Source: a virus (taxonomy: Duplodnaviria > Caudoviricetes). From it: 28,170 nucleotides of DNA. The notes under the pieces were generated by a model, which worked only from the letters and a program-made list of their open reading frames with translations, made no database searches and had not been told where the DNA came from. Below, one piece after another: positions 17,543 to 25,460 of the stretch (the stretch's first letter is position 1; the number at the start of each line of letters is the position of its first letter). Both the position numbers and the translations under genes were made by a program. The stretch lies in IMG/VR virus record IMGVR_UViG_3300027656_000038, positions 1 to 28,170 of that record. One strand, given 5' to 3'.

Positions 17543-18066
17543 TTTAGGGCGTTGTAATAACAAAGGTACTGCTCTACGCAGATAAGTGTTCCTTGCTCGG
17601 ATGCTGCTTGTGCAAAGGTGCCATCTGCCTCATACGTCATTTCAAAGCGTAGGGTGGGCAAGTCGTATGGCTTGAACATATAGCAGGCGGTGTCTATGTT
17701 GCCGACTTGTGGTTGGTCGGTAGGGCGTAGCCTACCTATTTGCCCCCACGTTACGATAGAGCAATCAAGGGAATGCAAGTTGCTCCACTCCTCAAGGAAC
17801 TTTGGGTGCAGGATATTGTCATCATCTAGATAGTAAACCCAGTCCTCTGGAGTAAAGGAATCAGAATACAAGTCAAGGAACTCATTGCGTAGGGGGTGGC
17901 CTGCGTTACCCGTGCGTGTGGAGTAGTGGGTGACTGATGCGCCTGTTGCTCCCTTAAAGTTGCAATTTGCATCTACCATCACCACCCACGTTGCATAGGC
18001 AGGGATATGTTGTTTTAGCCTTACGAGGTTGTGAGGTCGTGAGCAGGGTGTAACTATGTAAAGCAT
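17539..18066 (-). CDS. Glycosyltransferase, GT-A fold (GT2-like), compact
   Basis: IVTPCSR start, YYLDDDN DxD motif, NIDTAC, ADG, YYN. Confidence 0.75.
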   Translation of the reverse strand: MLYIVTPCSRPHNLVRLKQHIPAYATWVVMVDANCNFKGATGASVTHYSTRTGNAGHPLRNEFLDLYSDSFTPEDWVYYLDDDNILHPKFLEEWSNLHSLDCSIVTWGQIGRLRPTDQPQVGNIDTACYMFKPYDLPTLRFEMTYEADGTFAQAASEQGTLICVEQYLCYYNALK

Positions 18067-18992
18067 CGCAGTTCGTTTATCTTCTCCATCGTGAAGTCTT
18101 GCACATACTCGTATAACGATTCCGTTAGGTCTGCCACTTGGTTAGGGTTTTCTTTTAGCCTCTTAATTGCTCCTGCCCATTCGCTTGGGTGCTTGATGGC
18201 AATGCAATTATCCTTCGTGATGTATGGTGAATAGGGTTGCGTGTTGCTCACTATCAAGGCGCACTTGCTAAAGCCTGCCTCTAACATCTTTAGGTGCGAC
18301 TTGCACTTGGCAAACTCGGATGTCGTAAGCGGTACGAGGCTCACGTCAAAGAATTCGTAGAGTTTGTGGTAGTGTGATGGTGGCATCGTGGGCAGCCTAT
18401 GGCTTGCCTTCATAATATCGGGGTAGCCATCTACCTCTGCCACATAGCCCTGATAGCCCTCAAGGTTTATTGTGGATTCCTTTACGTCTGCTGCGTGGTG
18501 GTTGCCTCCGATGTACCCAAAGCGTACTTCTTCGCTTGGCTCTCTCTCTACCTGCCACGTTGGAACGCTGATGGCGTTTGGTATGATTCGGATGTTGGTA
18601 TTATACTTCTTGACCTTTGAGGCAAGGTGCTTGTTTGTCACCCAAACCTCATCCGCTGCTTTCATAGACCGCACAATGCGCGTTCTCATCTGCTCAACGT
18701 ACAACCCTTGCAGAGGATGCGTAGGAGGCAGCACCCACCAGTCATCATTGTCAACAATTAGCTTGATGCCCTCCTTACGGCAGAGCTTTACAAAGTCATC
18801 AAACGGCTCAACAGGGAATGTCCGTGAAGAATAAATGTGCGTGACTTTAGGCCACATCTCTGGGTCAATGTCGGTAATCTTCTCAATGAAAAAGACATCT
18901 ACATCCTTGTGGCATATTAAGGGTGCAAATGTCCTGTGGTGCGATACTCCAGAGTTCTGCTTGTGGAACGCGAGAACGAATGGTCTAATCAT
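18054..18992 (-). CDS. Glycosyltransferase, GT-B fold (GT4-like)
   Basis: VDNDDWW, ADEVWVT, IPNAI, DVSLVPL..FAKCKSHLKMLEAG; start either 18992 or 19016. Confidence 0.8.
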   Translation of the reverse strand: MIRPFVLAFHKQNSGVSHHRTFAPLICHKDVDVFFIEKITDIDPEMWPKVTHIYSSRTFPVEPFDDFVKLCRKEGIKLIVDNDDWWVLPPTHPLQGLYVEQMRTRIVRSMKAADEVWVTNKHLASKVKKYNTNIRIIPNAISVPTWQVEREPSEEVRFGYIGGNHHAADVKESTINLEGYQGYVAEVDGYPDIMKASHRLPTMPPSHYHKLYEFFDVSLVPLTTSEFAKCKSHLKMLEAGFSKCALIVSNTQPYSPYITKDNCIAIKHPSEWAGAIKRLKENPNQVADLTESLYEYVQDFTMEKINELRCFT

Positions 18993-19158
18993 ATTGTTCT
19001 GTGTCGTTGTGTTCATCTTTAGGTCTGCGCTTCATAATTGGTGGCCTATCCTTTTCTCTTTGTTCAGCAAGACACTTCGCAGCGTAGCCTTTAGGCATTC
19101 CTTTGGTTTTACGCCTCTTGGCTTTATACCTAATTGTTGATGCCTTGCCTTTTCTCAT
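18985..19158 (-). CDS. Small basic hypothetical protein
   Basis: Lys/Arg-rich 57 aa ORF filling the gap and overlapping both neighbours. Confidence 0.45.
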   Translation of the reverse strand: MRKGKASTIRYKAKRRKTKGMPKGYAAKCLAEQREKDRPPIMKRRPKDEHNDTEQYD

Positions 19159-19270
19159 TTCGGTCAAGAAACTTTACCCACATCCGAGCAGCTATTGCTC
19201 TGCGTTGGGGTTTGAACGGGTAGGTGCTACGGAGCTGCGCCATTGCTATCCTCATAAATTGGTCTTGCAT
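19130..19270 (-). CDS. Small hypothetical protein (46 aa, not in ORF track)
   Basis: MQDQFMRIAMAQLRSTYPFKPQRRAIAARMWVKFLDRNEKRQGINN. Confidence 0.6.
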   Translation of the reverse strand: MQDQFMRIAMAQLRSTYPFKPQRRAIAARMWVKFLDRNEKRQGINN

Positions 19271-19282
19271 CTCTCGTTGGTA

Positions 19283-19435
19283 TTAAAGGTTAGTATTCCA
19301 ATAGTATTCACATTGCCCGTGCTTGATGGGTACGTTAACAAAGAACGATTGGTACATTTCGGCAGGTGCGGTGAAGCGGTAGCAGGTTTCTTTTAGTGGG
19401 CATCCTTCCCCCGTGCATTTAGTGATGTCGGTCAT
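19283..19435 (-). CDS. Small Cys4 putative metal-binding protein (50 aa, not in ORF track)
   Basis: MTDITKCTGEGCPLKETCYRFTA...QCEYYW; ATGA overlap with the exonuclease stop. Confidence 0.75.
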   Translation of the reverse strand: MTDITKCTGEGCPLKETCYRFTAPAEMYQSFFVNVPIKHGQCEYYWNTNL

Positions 19436-20202
19436 AACGTTCCGACAACTGTGTACGAATCCAAGTCCTCACCCAAGATGAAGAACTGCTTGTACATTTC
19501 AATAGCCTCAAGGGTCTTGCGTTCTCCCTCTGCCACGAACTCTGGACTCACCGAGTAGATTCCTATGTCAAGGCTTGCCTTGTCAATAGCGACAAAGAAG
19601 AACTTATCAATCGGCACTCCGAACAATCGGGTGTAGATAAACGCCTGCACATCGTAGCCGTACTTTTTGGCAGAGTAGGGGAATGCTCGTAGGTCGGTTG
19701 TTGTTTTTAAGTCAGCCAAGAAACCATCAGCATAGATGTCAGCCTTCGCCCTAAAGGGCAGGCCGCCAATCATACCAATCTTGGGAACTTCAAACTCGCA
19801 GCCAGTTAGCAGCCCTAGCACGTTCTCGTTGCGCAGGAGCGCATCAGATATTCTCTGGGCTTCGTTGTACTCTTTGCGAGTGCAGAGGTTGCGCTTGCCC
19901 TTTGCATCCTGCCACGCCTTTGCGTTCTTGCTCTGCACTTCAATCACCTCGTATTCCGCTACGCGGTGCGGCTCAAGAGCCATTAGGTGAACGAGTCTGC
20001 CTACTGCAAACGCATCAGACTCCTCGCTGCCATACTTCGTGACGTAGTGGTACGTCTTGGGTGATGTTAGCAGCAGCTTGCAAGCAGAGGAAGACAAGGC
20101 GTTCTTGCCGAGTACCCCGTAGTAAAAGTCATCATCGTGCATCTTCTCAAGGATTGTGTCCATATCCCAAGTGCTTCCGTCAAGTAGTTCTATGATTTTC
20201 AT
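19432..20202 (-). CDS. PD-(D/E)XK exonuclease (RecE/ExoVIII-like)
   Basis: LSSSACKLL, GRLVH, FRAKADIY...ADLKTT, YGYDVQAFIY. Confidence 0.85.
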   Translation of the reverse strand: MKIIELLDGSTWDMDTILEKMHDDDFYYGVLGKNALSSSACKLLLTSPKTYHYVTKYGSEESDAFAVGRLVHLMALEPHRVAEYEVIEVQSKNAKAWQDAKGKRNLCTRKEYNEAQRISDALLRNENVLGLLTGCEFEVPKIGMIGGLPFRAKADIYADGFLADLKTTTDLRAFPYSAKKYGYDVQAFIYTRLFGVPIDKFFFVAIDKASLDIGIYSVSPEFVAEGERKTLEAIEMYKQFFILGEDLDSYTVVGTL

Positions 20203-20204
20203 TT

Positions 20205-20233
20205 TGATTGGTTTTGTTAATTAAATAAAGGTA
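20205..20233 (-). promoter_or_regulatory. Degenerate -7 box (TACCTTTA) plus AAAACCAATCA leader motif
   Basis: Minus strand TACCTTTA...AAAACCAATCAAA-ATG upstream of the exonuclease. Confidence 0.5.
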
Positions 20234-20258
20234 AACAAATTTTTAAATATAAATTTTA

Positions 20259-20936
20259 TTAAAGCAATTTCATCTGAATTGTTGGTTGAAAAGAGGTGTC
20301 GTATCGGTTGTTGGTTTCTTTTGGGTATGGCTTTGCCTCAAATAAAGCCGACTTCATAATCTTATTTCGCATCTTGCCTGCTGCACAGACATAAACATAT
20401 CGGTGTTTAGGCTCTCGCCTCTCTTGATATAGTAGGTCTCCATACTTTTCCTTGAGTTTTGAGATGCGGTCTTTTTGAAATGCAAACTCATCCATCAGAG
20501 TACGACTATGAAGATGCTCCATACCCTTCACCTTCCAATCAAGTTGCGTGTGACTCAATCCTGTGTAAATAAAGTTTGATGCTTGGTAGATGTAACCTGT
20601 GTGACCAAATGCTCTGTCAGCATAGCTCACAACAATCGTTGGCTTTGGCAGGTGCTTCAGACATTGAGAAACAAAGAACGACCTTGAGTTTTTTGGAAGG
20701 TCATCATTTGTGATTAATCTGTTTAGTTCGTAAACTAAATCCATATAGTCATCCCCAAAAACAGACTTCTTCATTGTAAGCGGTACGGCATTGCCAAATG
20801 TGCATACACCGACCAAGATGTCCGAATCAAACAACCCGAAGGAGTAAGTAAAAGAGGTCATTCTTTTGAGATAGTGCTTCTTTAGAATCCACTCCTTACA
20901 CTCATCCTTTGATACGGGCTGAACGATTAAGTTCAT
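20259..20936 (-). CDS. mom: Mom-like DNA adenine modification enzyme (GNAT fold)
   Basis: KHYL, LVGVCTFG, YELNRL, VSYAD..GHTGYIYQASNFIYTG, KHRYVY: the Mu Mom family motif set. Confidence 0.85.
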   Translation of the reverse strand: MNLIVQPVSKDECKEWILKKHYLKRMTSFTYSFGLFDSDILVGVCTFGNAVPLTMKKSVFGDDYMDLVYELNRLITNDDLPKNSRSFFVSQCLKHLPKPTIVVSYADRAFGHTGYIYQASNFIYTGLSHTQLDWKVKGMEHLHSRTLMDEFAFQKDRISKLKEKYGDLLYQERREPKHRYVYVCAAGKMRNKIMKSALFEAKPYPKETNNRYDTSFQPTIQMKLL

Positions 20937-21106
20937 TTCTTAAATGTTGCTTCATACCATTGGTCAAAAGGCACACGAAGCAAGGCATCGTGGTAGGCCA
21001 TACGCAGGGTAACCTTCTCAATAGTTTCTATGTCTTTGAGGATTGATTCGGATATGTCTGCCGACTTCAGTTGTCGGAGCAGTTGGGAGATAGTTTCGTA
21101 TTTCAT
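20933..21106 (-). CDS. Small hypothetical protein (57 aa, not in ORF track)
   Basis: MKYETISQLLRQLKSADISESILKDIETIEKVTLRMAYHDALLRVPFDQWYEATFKK; ATGA overlaps at both ends. Confidence 0.7.
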   Translation of the reverse strand: MKYETISQLLRQLKSADISESILKDIETIEKVTLRMAYHDALLRVPFDQWYEATFKK

Positions 21107-21327
21107 TTCTCAGCAAATTTTTTAATCATATATTCTTCGTACCGACTGCAATAGTATTTCATTGCGTCATAATAATCCTCGTGCATTGGGAAGTCAATCA
21201 TAAACTCCTCAGTAGCATCTGCCCCTGCCCTATGCCCATCAAAGTGCATTAGTACTGCAAGATGGTCACCATTATATCCGTATGAAAATACGGCATTAGG
21301 CTCAATGTATACTATTTCTTTTTTCAT
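21103..21327 (-). CDS. Hypothetical protein
   Basis: Start placed at ATG 21327 (ATGA overlap); 74 aa. Confidence 0.65.
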   Translation of the reverse strand: MKKEIVYIEPNAVFSYGYNGDHLAVLMHFDGHRAGADATEEFMIDFPMHEDYYDAMKYYCSRYEEYMIKKFAEK

Positions 21328-21650
21328 TCTTCTGATGCTACGGTTGTTGCCCAATTCAGCCACTTGGCATAGATGTCTTCAGCAAGCTTTGGGGCTTCTC
21401 CATAAATAGATGTCGTGGGGTAAGCAACGGTATTGGTGTAGCCATCCTCGTTGTAGGACTCCTCAACGTAGGTGATGTCCATCTCGTAGTTGTAGAAGTC
21501 AGCAACGTGAACGTAGCCGAGAAACTTGGCAAGAATCTCATCAGAGTTCTTGTTGTCTGGGTCGTAATCCTCAAGGGCATCCCAATAAGACTGCGGTAGT
21601 AGGTCGGCATCTTCAAGCCAAAACTTTAGGTCGTTGTATGTGAAGGTCAT
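21324..21650 (-). CDS. Acidic hypothetical protein
   Basis: 108 aa, Asp/Glu/Tyr-rich, in the early small-gene cluster. Confidence 0.75.
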   Translation of the reverse strand: MTFTYNDLKFWLEDADLLPQSYWDALEDYDPDNKNSDEILAKFLGYVHVADFYNYEMDITYVEESYNEDGYTNTVAYPTTSIYGEAPKLAEDIYAKWLNWATTVASEE

Positions 21651-21651
21651 C

Positions 21652-21756
21652 TTACAGATTAATTAAGAATTCAACAAGGGCAAGGCTGCCAATAAGGCAG
21701 AAGATAATTGCTAATGAAGCAACTGTCTTTGCAAGGTAAACTTTGAATTGGTACAT
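21652..21756 (-). CDS. Small single-pass membrane peptide (34 aa, not in ORF track)
   Basis: MYQFKVYLAKTVASLAIIFCLIGSLALVEFLINL; preceded by AAAACCAATCAG. Confidence 0.65.
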   Translation of the reverse strand: MYQFKVYLAKTVASLAIIFCLIGSLALVEFLINL

Positions 21757-21766
21757 CTGATTGGTT

Positions 21767-21916
21767 TTATAGATTGATGTTACGCTGCCCGAGCATATTG
21801 CTGAACATAGCCTTCATTTCACGAGCGTTCTTTTTGTCGGTGCGGTCAGTAGCGGTTTGAAGCTTGGAAGCCCAAAAGTTGTACTTTTCAATAACGCGGT
21901 CAGTAGATAGTTTCAT
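21767..21916 (-). CDS. Small hypothetical protein (49 aa, not in ORF track)
   Basis: MKLSTDRVIEKYNFWASKLQTATDRTDKKNAREMKAMFSNMLGQRNINL; first gene after a TATATTTG promoter. Confidence 0.65.
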   Translation of the reverse strand: MKLSTDRVIEKYNFWASKLQTATDRTDKKNAREMKAMFSNMLGQRNINL

Positions 21917-21918
21917 AA

Positions 21919-21947
21919 TGATTGGTTTTTAATTATACCCAAATATA
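21919..21947 (-). promoter_or_regulatory. Bacteroidota-type -7 box TATATTTG plus AAAAACCAATCA leader motif
   Basis: TAnnTTTG at 21940-21947 in an intergenic gap; leader motif at 21919-21930. Confidence 0.7.
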
Positions 21948-22006
21948 CAACAACTTATTAAATTACCAACACCCCTATAAAAAGTTATTAACAATTTATT
22001 TATCTC

Positions 22007-22510
22007 CTACCACTTTGACCCTTGTGGCTCTGCGTAGTTTAGTACCTTAAAACTTATGAGCCTTTGTATGTCTTGCAGCTCTAACCTGCTGATGACATCC
22101 TGCCTGCCTTCTCTTTGGTAGTATTTTCTTGTCGCTTCTTGCTTTGTGACAAACACAGGCTCTACAATCTTCTCGCATAGCCGTGCAAGTTCCTGCGTTC
22201 TCACCATCACAAAACCGCCCACCTCTGGCATATCAAAAGCGATGTACTCGGCTTTGCCGTACATCCATCCATTGTCACCTTTTACGTTCTTGAACTCCAC
22301 CCAGATGGTGTTGGGATGGTTGCCTCCTTTTACGTCTACGGATGTTGTTCCGTTTAGCCGTGTAACAAAGTAATCAATATGGTCGTAGATGTCAGTATTG
22401 CGGTCTGACTTCTCACAAGAGTAGCCAATGGACTCGCAAGCCTCTACAAACCGCTTTGCGGTGATGTCCCCAACTTGATTGGAGTACACCCTGCGCTCGT
22501 TACTGACCAT
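22007..22510 (-). CDS. Putative PD-(D/E)XK-family nuclease
   Basis: HIDYFV...SVDVKG (D...DxK) and IWVEF...GWMYGKAEYIAF. Confidence 0.6.
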   Translation of the reverse strand: MVSNERRVYSNQVGDITAKRFVEACESIGYSCEKSDRNTDIYDHIDYFVTRLNGTTSVDVKGGNHPNTIWVEFKNVKGDNGWMYGKAEYIAFDMPEVGGFVMVRTQELARLCEKIVEPVFVTKQEATRKYYQREGRQDVISRLELQDIQRLISFKVLNYAEPQGSKW

Positions 22511-22904
22511 AAGCGTTGTACAACGTCTCTAGTTCTTGCAACCTACCACGTAGGCAAGAGCCGCAGTTGGTTGGCTTCACGGAGTCTTTGAATACTCGGT
22601 TGTAGATTCTATTCACCTCCGTCTGCTCAATAGCGGTGACGGTGTTTCTGCCTCGCATCTTGCCCACAAACTCGTATTCTTCTTTGGTCAAGCATTCAGG
22701 CTTCCTGTACCTAAATAGCTTGTTGAGTTTCTCCTTGCGGGCATCGCATCCGCAGTCAACTCCTGTTGCTTCGCTAAACCAATCCACCGCAGCCTTTATG
22801 CCTGTGGCGGTTGTGATTTGCTCTATGGTATCACCCAAGCCGCTTGGCTTCTTTGTACGCTTTGTAGGAGTCTTGGCAGTCTTCTTGGATTCGCTCTCTT
22901 GCAT
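22500..22904 (-). CDS. Hypothetical Cys-motif protein
   Basis: GLGDTIEQIT..TGIK, DCGCDARKEKLN, CGSC. Confidence 0.75.
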   Translation of the reverse strand: MQESESKKTAKTPTKRTKKPSGLGDTIEQITTATGIKAAVDWFSEATGVDCGCDARKEKLNKLFRYRKPECLTKEEYEFVGKMRGRNTVTAIEQTEVNRIYNRVFKDSVKPTNCGSCLRGRLQELETLYNAYGQ

Positions 22905-23367
22905 TTTTTAGTGTGTTGAAAATTGAACGTGCTGAAATCTTGGTCTCATCCGCTAATGTGCGGATGCTCATATCGGTGTTGTGGTATAGTGCAAATATCT
23001 TTTTATCGTACCAATGCCAGTCAGTTTGGGTTGACCATACCCTGTCGTAAAGTTGGATGAGCTGCACCTCTGCATCTTCGTTGGTATCTTCAAAGATGAA
23101 CTCCTCTAAAATGTCTACGTCTACGAACTCGAATCTTGCTCGTTGGCGCATCAGGGTGGCGTACATATTACGCAGCGTAACATAGACAAAGAAGGTATTG
23201 ACCTCCGTTTGGTTGTACATTATCTTCTCTGCATCATCCACATATTTGTACAGTCTGACGTACATTTCTTGCGTAAGCTCTTGGGCAAGGTCATCGCTCG
23301 CCCCAAAGCTCTTGCACATCCGAATCCAATCGGTCTGTCGCTTTGCTAATACTGCGAGGAGTCCCAA
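22831..23367 (-). CDS. ECF-like sigma70-family factor (probable late-gene sigma)
   Basis: Region-2-like DLAQELTQEMYVRL; region 4 HTH MSIRTLADETKISARSIFNTLKNARERI; 178 aa, TTG start. Confidence 0.75.
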   Translation of the reverse strand: MGLLAVLAKRQTDWIRMCKSFGASDDLAQELTQEMYVRLYKYVDDAEKIMYNQTEVNTFFVYVTLRNMYATLMRQRARFEFVDVDILEEFIFEDTNEDAEVQLIQLYDRVWSTQTDWHWYDKKIFALYHNTDMSIRTLADETKISARSIFNTLKNARERIQEDCQDSYKAYKEAKRLG

Positions 23368-23504
23368 GTGATTTCTACAATAATCACAAACAATGCAAAC
23401 TGAACGGTGTGCATCACAATATCTTCTTCAAGGTAATCGGTCTTTGACCAATTTGCCCCAACTACAAGCCCATAGATGGGGTAAAGCCCTACGTTAAAAT
23501 TCAT
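23346..23504 (-). CDS. Small hypothetical protein (52 aa, not in ORF track)
   Basis: MNFNVGLYPIYGLVVGANWSKTDYLEEDIVMHTVQFALFVIIVEITWDSSQY; fills the gap and overlaps both neighbours. Confidence 0.65.
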   Translation of the reverse strand: MNFNVGLYPIYGLVVGANWSKTDYLEEDIVMHTVQFALFVIIVEITWDSSQY

Positions 23505-23913
23505 CAAATGTGCGTTTAAGAGTTAAGTATAGTTCTTTATACTTAGATAACTCACACACGACTTCATTGAGTTGATTTAGTTCCTGCATTAGGCTCTCGT
23601 AGTTAGGCTTGTCATTGGTTGCCATCGGGTTCTCTTCAAGAACGCAGCAGGCAACATTGTAATAGTGCTGATAATCGCCATAGATTAAACGAGCGTGGTG
23701 CATCCTTACGGCATAGGCTACACTTGAATGGTCTTTATCTATGGCCTCACCGAGTTCGTGCAGAGAGGCGTGACTTCGGAATGCTGATACGAATGCTGCT
23801 CTTGCGGTGCTTTCTTTATGCGCACGGCTGCCGTTGTCTTGGAACCCAAGACGGGCATAGTATTGCTCTTTAGATACTTTTAGTTGGCGTATTTCAAATG
23901 GTCTCATTTGCAT
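23494..23913 (-). CDS. DnaA C-terminal-like HTH DNA-binding protein with coiled coil
   Basis: SLHELGEAIDKDHSSVAYAVR resembles the DnaA domain IV signature SL.EIG..F..RDHTTV.HA. Confidence 0.7.
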   Translation of the reverse strand: MQMRPFEIRQLKVSKEQYYARLGFQDNGSRAHKESTARAAFVSAFRSHASLHELGEAIDKDHSSVAYAVRMHHARLIYGDYQHYYNVACCVLEENPMATNDKPNYESLMQELNQLNEVVCELSKYKELYLTLKRTFDEF

Positions 23914-24134
23914 TTACAGAGTTTTGCTCTGCCCTCTTTATGATTGGTTATTATTTTGGCGATTGGCATAGTGTAGTGCTTGTGGTCTGAAAGTCTTTTG
24001 AATTTCATCTCACTTGCCCATTCCACTAAATTGTCATCCTTGTCTTGGATTATGGTGTAGTCAATCACGAGGTAGTCCACCCCACCTACTGCAAAGCATT
24101 CGTACTTCTGAAAGGGTGAGAATATCTGCCTCAT
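23904..24134 (-). CDS. Hypothetical protein
   Basis: 76 aa, ATGA-coupled to the upstream gene. Confidence 0.65.
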   Translation of the reverse strand: MRQIFSPFQKYECFAVGGVDYLVIDYTIIQDKDDNLVEWASEMKFKRLSDHKHYTMPIAKIITNHKEGRAKLCKCK

Positions 24135-24442
24135 AGGTTGTTCTCTATTATCTGTTGCAGGCGTTGTATCTCGTAGTGCATCTCCTCGCTATCTACTCGC
24201 AGCTTGGCGTTGGCAAGGTACATCTCGTTCATCTTGCCTTCGGTGAACTGGCGGTAGTCAATAAACTGCTGCAAGAGGAGGTCTGCGTAGTGGCAAGACA
24301 TAACGTGGTGAAGTAGGTCATCCTGTACCTCTCTGCCGTTTGCCTTGTCTGCTGCTTGCTTCGCTAGCCACATCGCAGTACCTGCAAGCATCAACTGCTT
24401 TTCGCGAATGTAGAGGTCGTGTGAGTCATCAGAAGGGTACAT
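24131..24442 (-). CDS. Hypothetical helical/coiled-coil protein downstream of helicase
   Basis: Overlaps the helicase end; start 24442 or 24460. Confidence 0.65.
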   Translation of the reverse strand: MYPSDDSHDLYIREKQLMLAGTAMWLAKQAADKANGREVQDDLLHHVMSCHYADLLLQQFIDYRQFTEGKMNEMYLANAKLRVDSEEMHYEIQRLQQIIENNL

Positions 24443-25361
24443 CGCTCGCAGGGGTTTCATCTAATTTTATTGGCAGCAAGTTACGCCCGTTTATCACAAA
24501 GCCAACATTACCTAATACGCTCTGAAGTATTAAGGGAGTTTCAAGGGGCGTGATGCGCCCTCCAGATTCCATCTCCTTGACCTTCCTAACGTGGATGTGC
24601 GTGTATATCCAATCTTGCTCGTGAGCCGCAAAGCGGTGAATCACGATTACACAGTCCGACCTGTTGCCCCACTTACCGCCACCTTCAATGTCTGATGTGT
24701 TTGGCGGCATCGCCATCCCCTCGTACTTGTGGCCTTTGTAGAATGTCTTGCGCATTGCTTCGGTTACGGGGTGAGCGTTGACTATTGTGGTGACGTTGTT
24801 TTGGTGGGCGAATACCCGAAGCGCAGAGGCTACCTCGTAGTGGTATTCGTGCATCCCTGTCTTGCCTAATTTCTTTTGGTCTGTTGATAGGGAATTGTAT
24901 GGGTCTATTAAAGCCCCTGTGTAGTTCCATTCGTTCTTGATGGAGTTCATTACCTCAAGAAGTTCAAAGGCGGTGAATAGCCTGTTGCCGTCTATGAACT
25001 GGAAGTACTCGTTGATGAAGTCAAGCTTGCGGTACATCATACCCTCATCAATCCCTTGTATGGGTTTGCAAACTAGGAACTCAATGAGCTTGCGCTTGAG
25101 GCTTGGCACTTCGTTCTCTGCGGAGTATATCAGCCACTTCTTGCCAAAGTTATACGACTGCAAAAGCATAAGGTAAAGCAGCGTATGGGTCTTGCCTACG
25201 TTAGCGTGGCCTACGACCACCACAAACTCCCCATCTTTCAGCCGTAAGTACTGGTCTACTTCATAAACACCGAGCTTGCCCGTGTCGTAGTACTTGCCTT
25301 TTAAGGCTCTCTGGAGGTATGGTAACGAAGATTCGTTAGATAGTAGGTCGGGGTGTATCAT
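24429..25361 (-). CDS. Superfamily 4 (DnaB/Twinkle-like) replicative helicase, no primase domain
   Basis: Walker A GHANVGKT, YSAEN, IDPYN, NAHP, DIEGGGKW, KVK. Confidence 0.85.
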   Translation of the reverse strand: MIHPDLLSNESSLPYLQRALKGKYYDTGKLGVYEVDQYLRLKDGEFVVVVGHANVGKTHTLLYLMLLQSYNFGKKWLIYSAENEVPSLKRKLIEFLVCKPIQGIDEGMMYRKLDFINEYFQFIDGNRLFTAFELLEVMNSIKNEWNYTGALIDPYNSLSTDQKKLGKTGMHEYHYEVASALRVFAHQNNVTTIVNAHPVTEAMRKTFYKGHKYEGMAMPPNTSDIEGGGKWGNRSDCVIVIHRFAAHEQDWIYTHIHVRKVKEMESGGRITPLETPLILQSVLGNVGFVINGRNLLPIKLDETPASDVPF

Positions 25362-25364
25362 TGA

Positions 25365-25386
25365 TTCTGATTGGTTAGCAAATATA
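25365..25386 (-). promoter_or_regulatory. -7 box TATATTTG plus AACCAATCAGAA leader of the helicase
   Basis: TAnnTTTG at 25379-25386 immediately after the SSB terminator. Confidence 0.7.
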
Positions 25387-25402
25387 ACAAAATAGTTGAC
25401 AT

Positions 25403-25426
25403 AAAAAAACCCCTCCGTAGAGGGGC
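25403..25426 (-). terminator. Rho-independent terminator after the SSB-like gene
   Basis: Minus strand GCCCCTC-TACG-GAGGGGT followed by a U tract; cUACGg UNCG tetraloop. Confidence 0.9.
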
Positions 25427-25460
25427 TTCACACAACGACCTATTAAAAACCAATCAGAAA
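25403..25460 (-). ncRNA. Candidate 3'-UTR antisense RNA complementary to early-gene leaders
   Basis: UUCUGAUUGGUUUUUAA (25443-25459) is the reverse complement of the leader motif of six genes and is followed by the terminator; function inferred. Confidence 0.4.

Noticed and set aside
22776-23949. Extra partial matches to the leader motif at 22776-22784 (reverse orientation) and 23941-23949
   Set aside because: Both are only 9 nt, inside coding sequence and not adjacent to a start codon; treated as probable chance matches
15292-25361. Inteins or introns in terL or helicase; integrase or lysogeny module
   Set aside because: Both genes are compact and uninterrupted; no recombinase or divergent repressor pair is recognisable, though the unseen part of the genome could hold one
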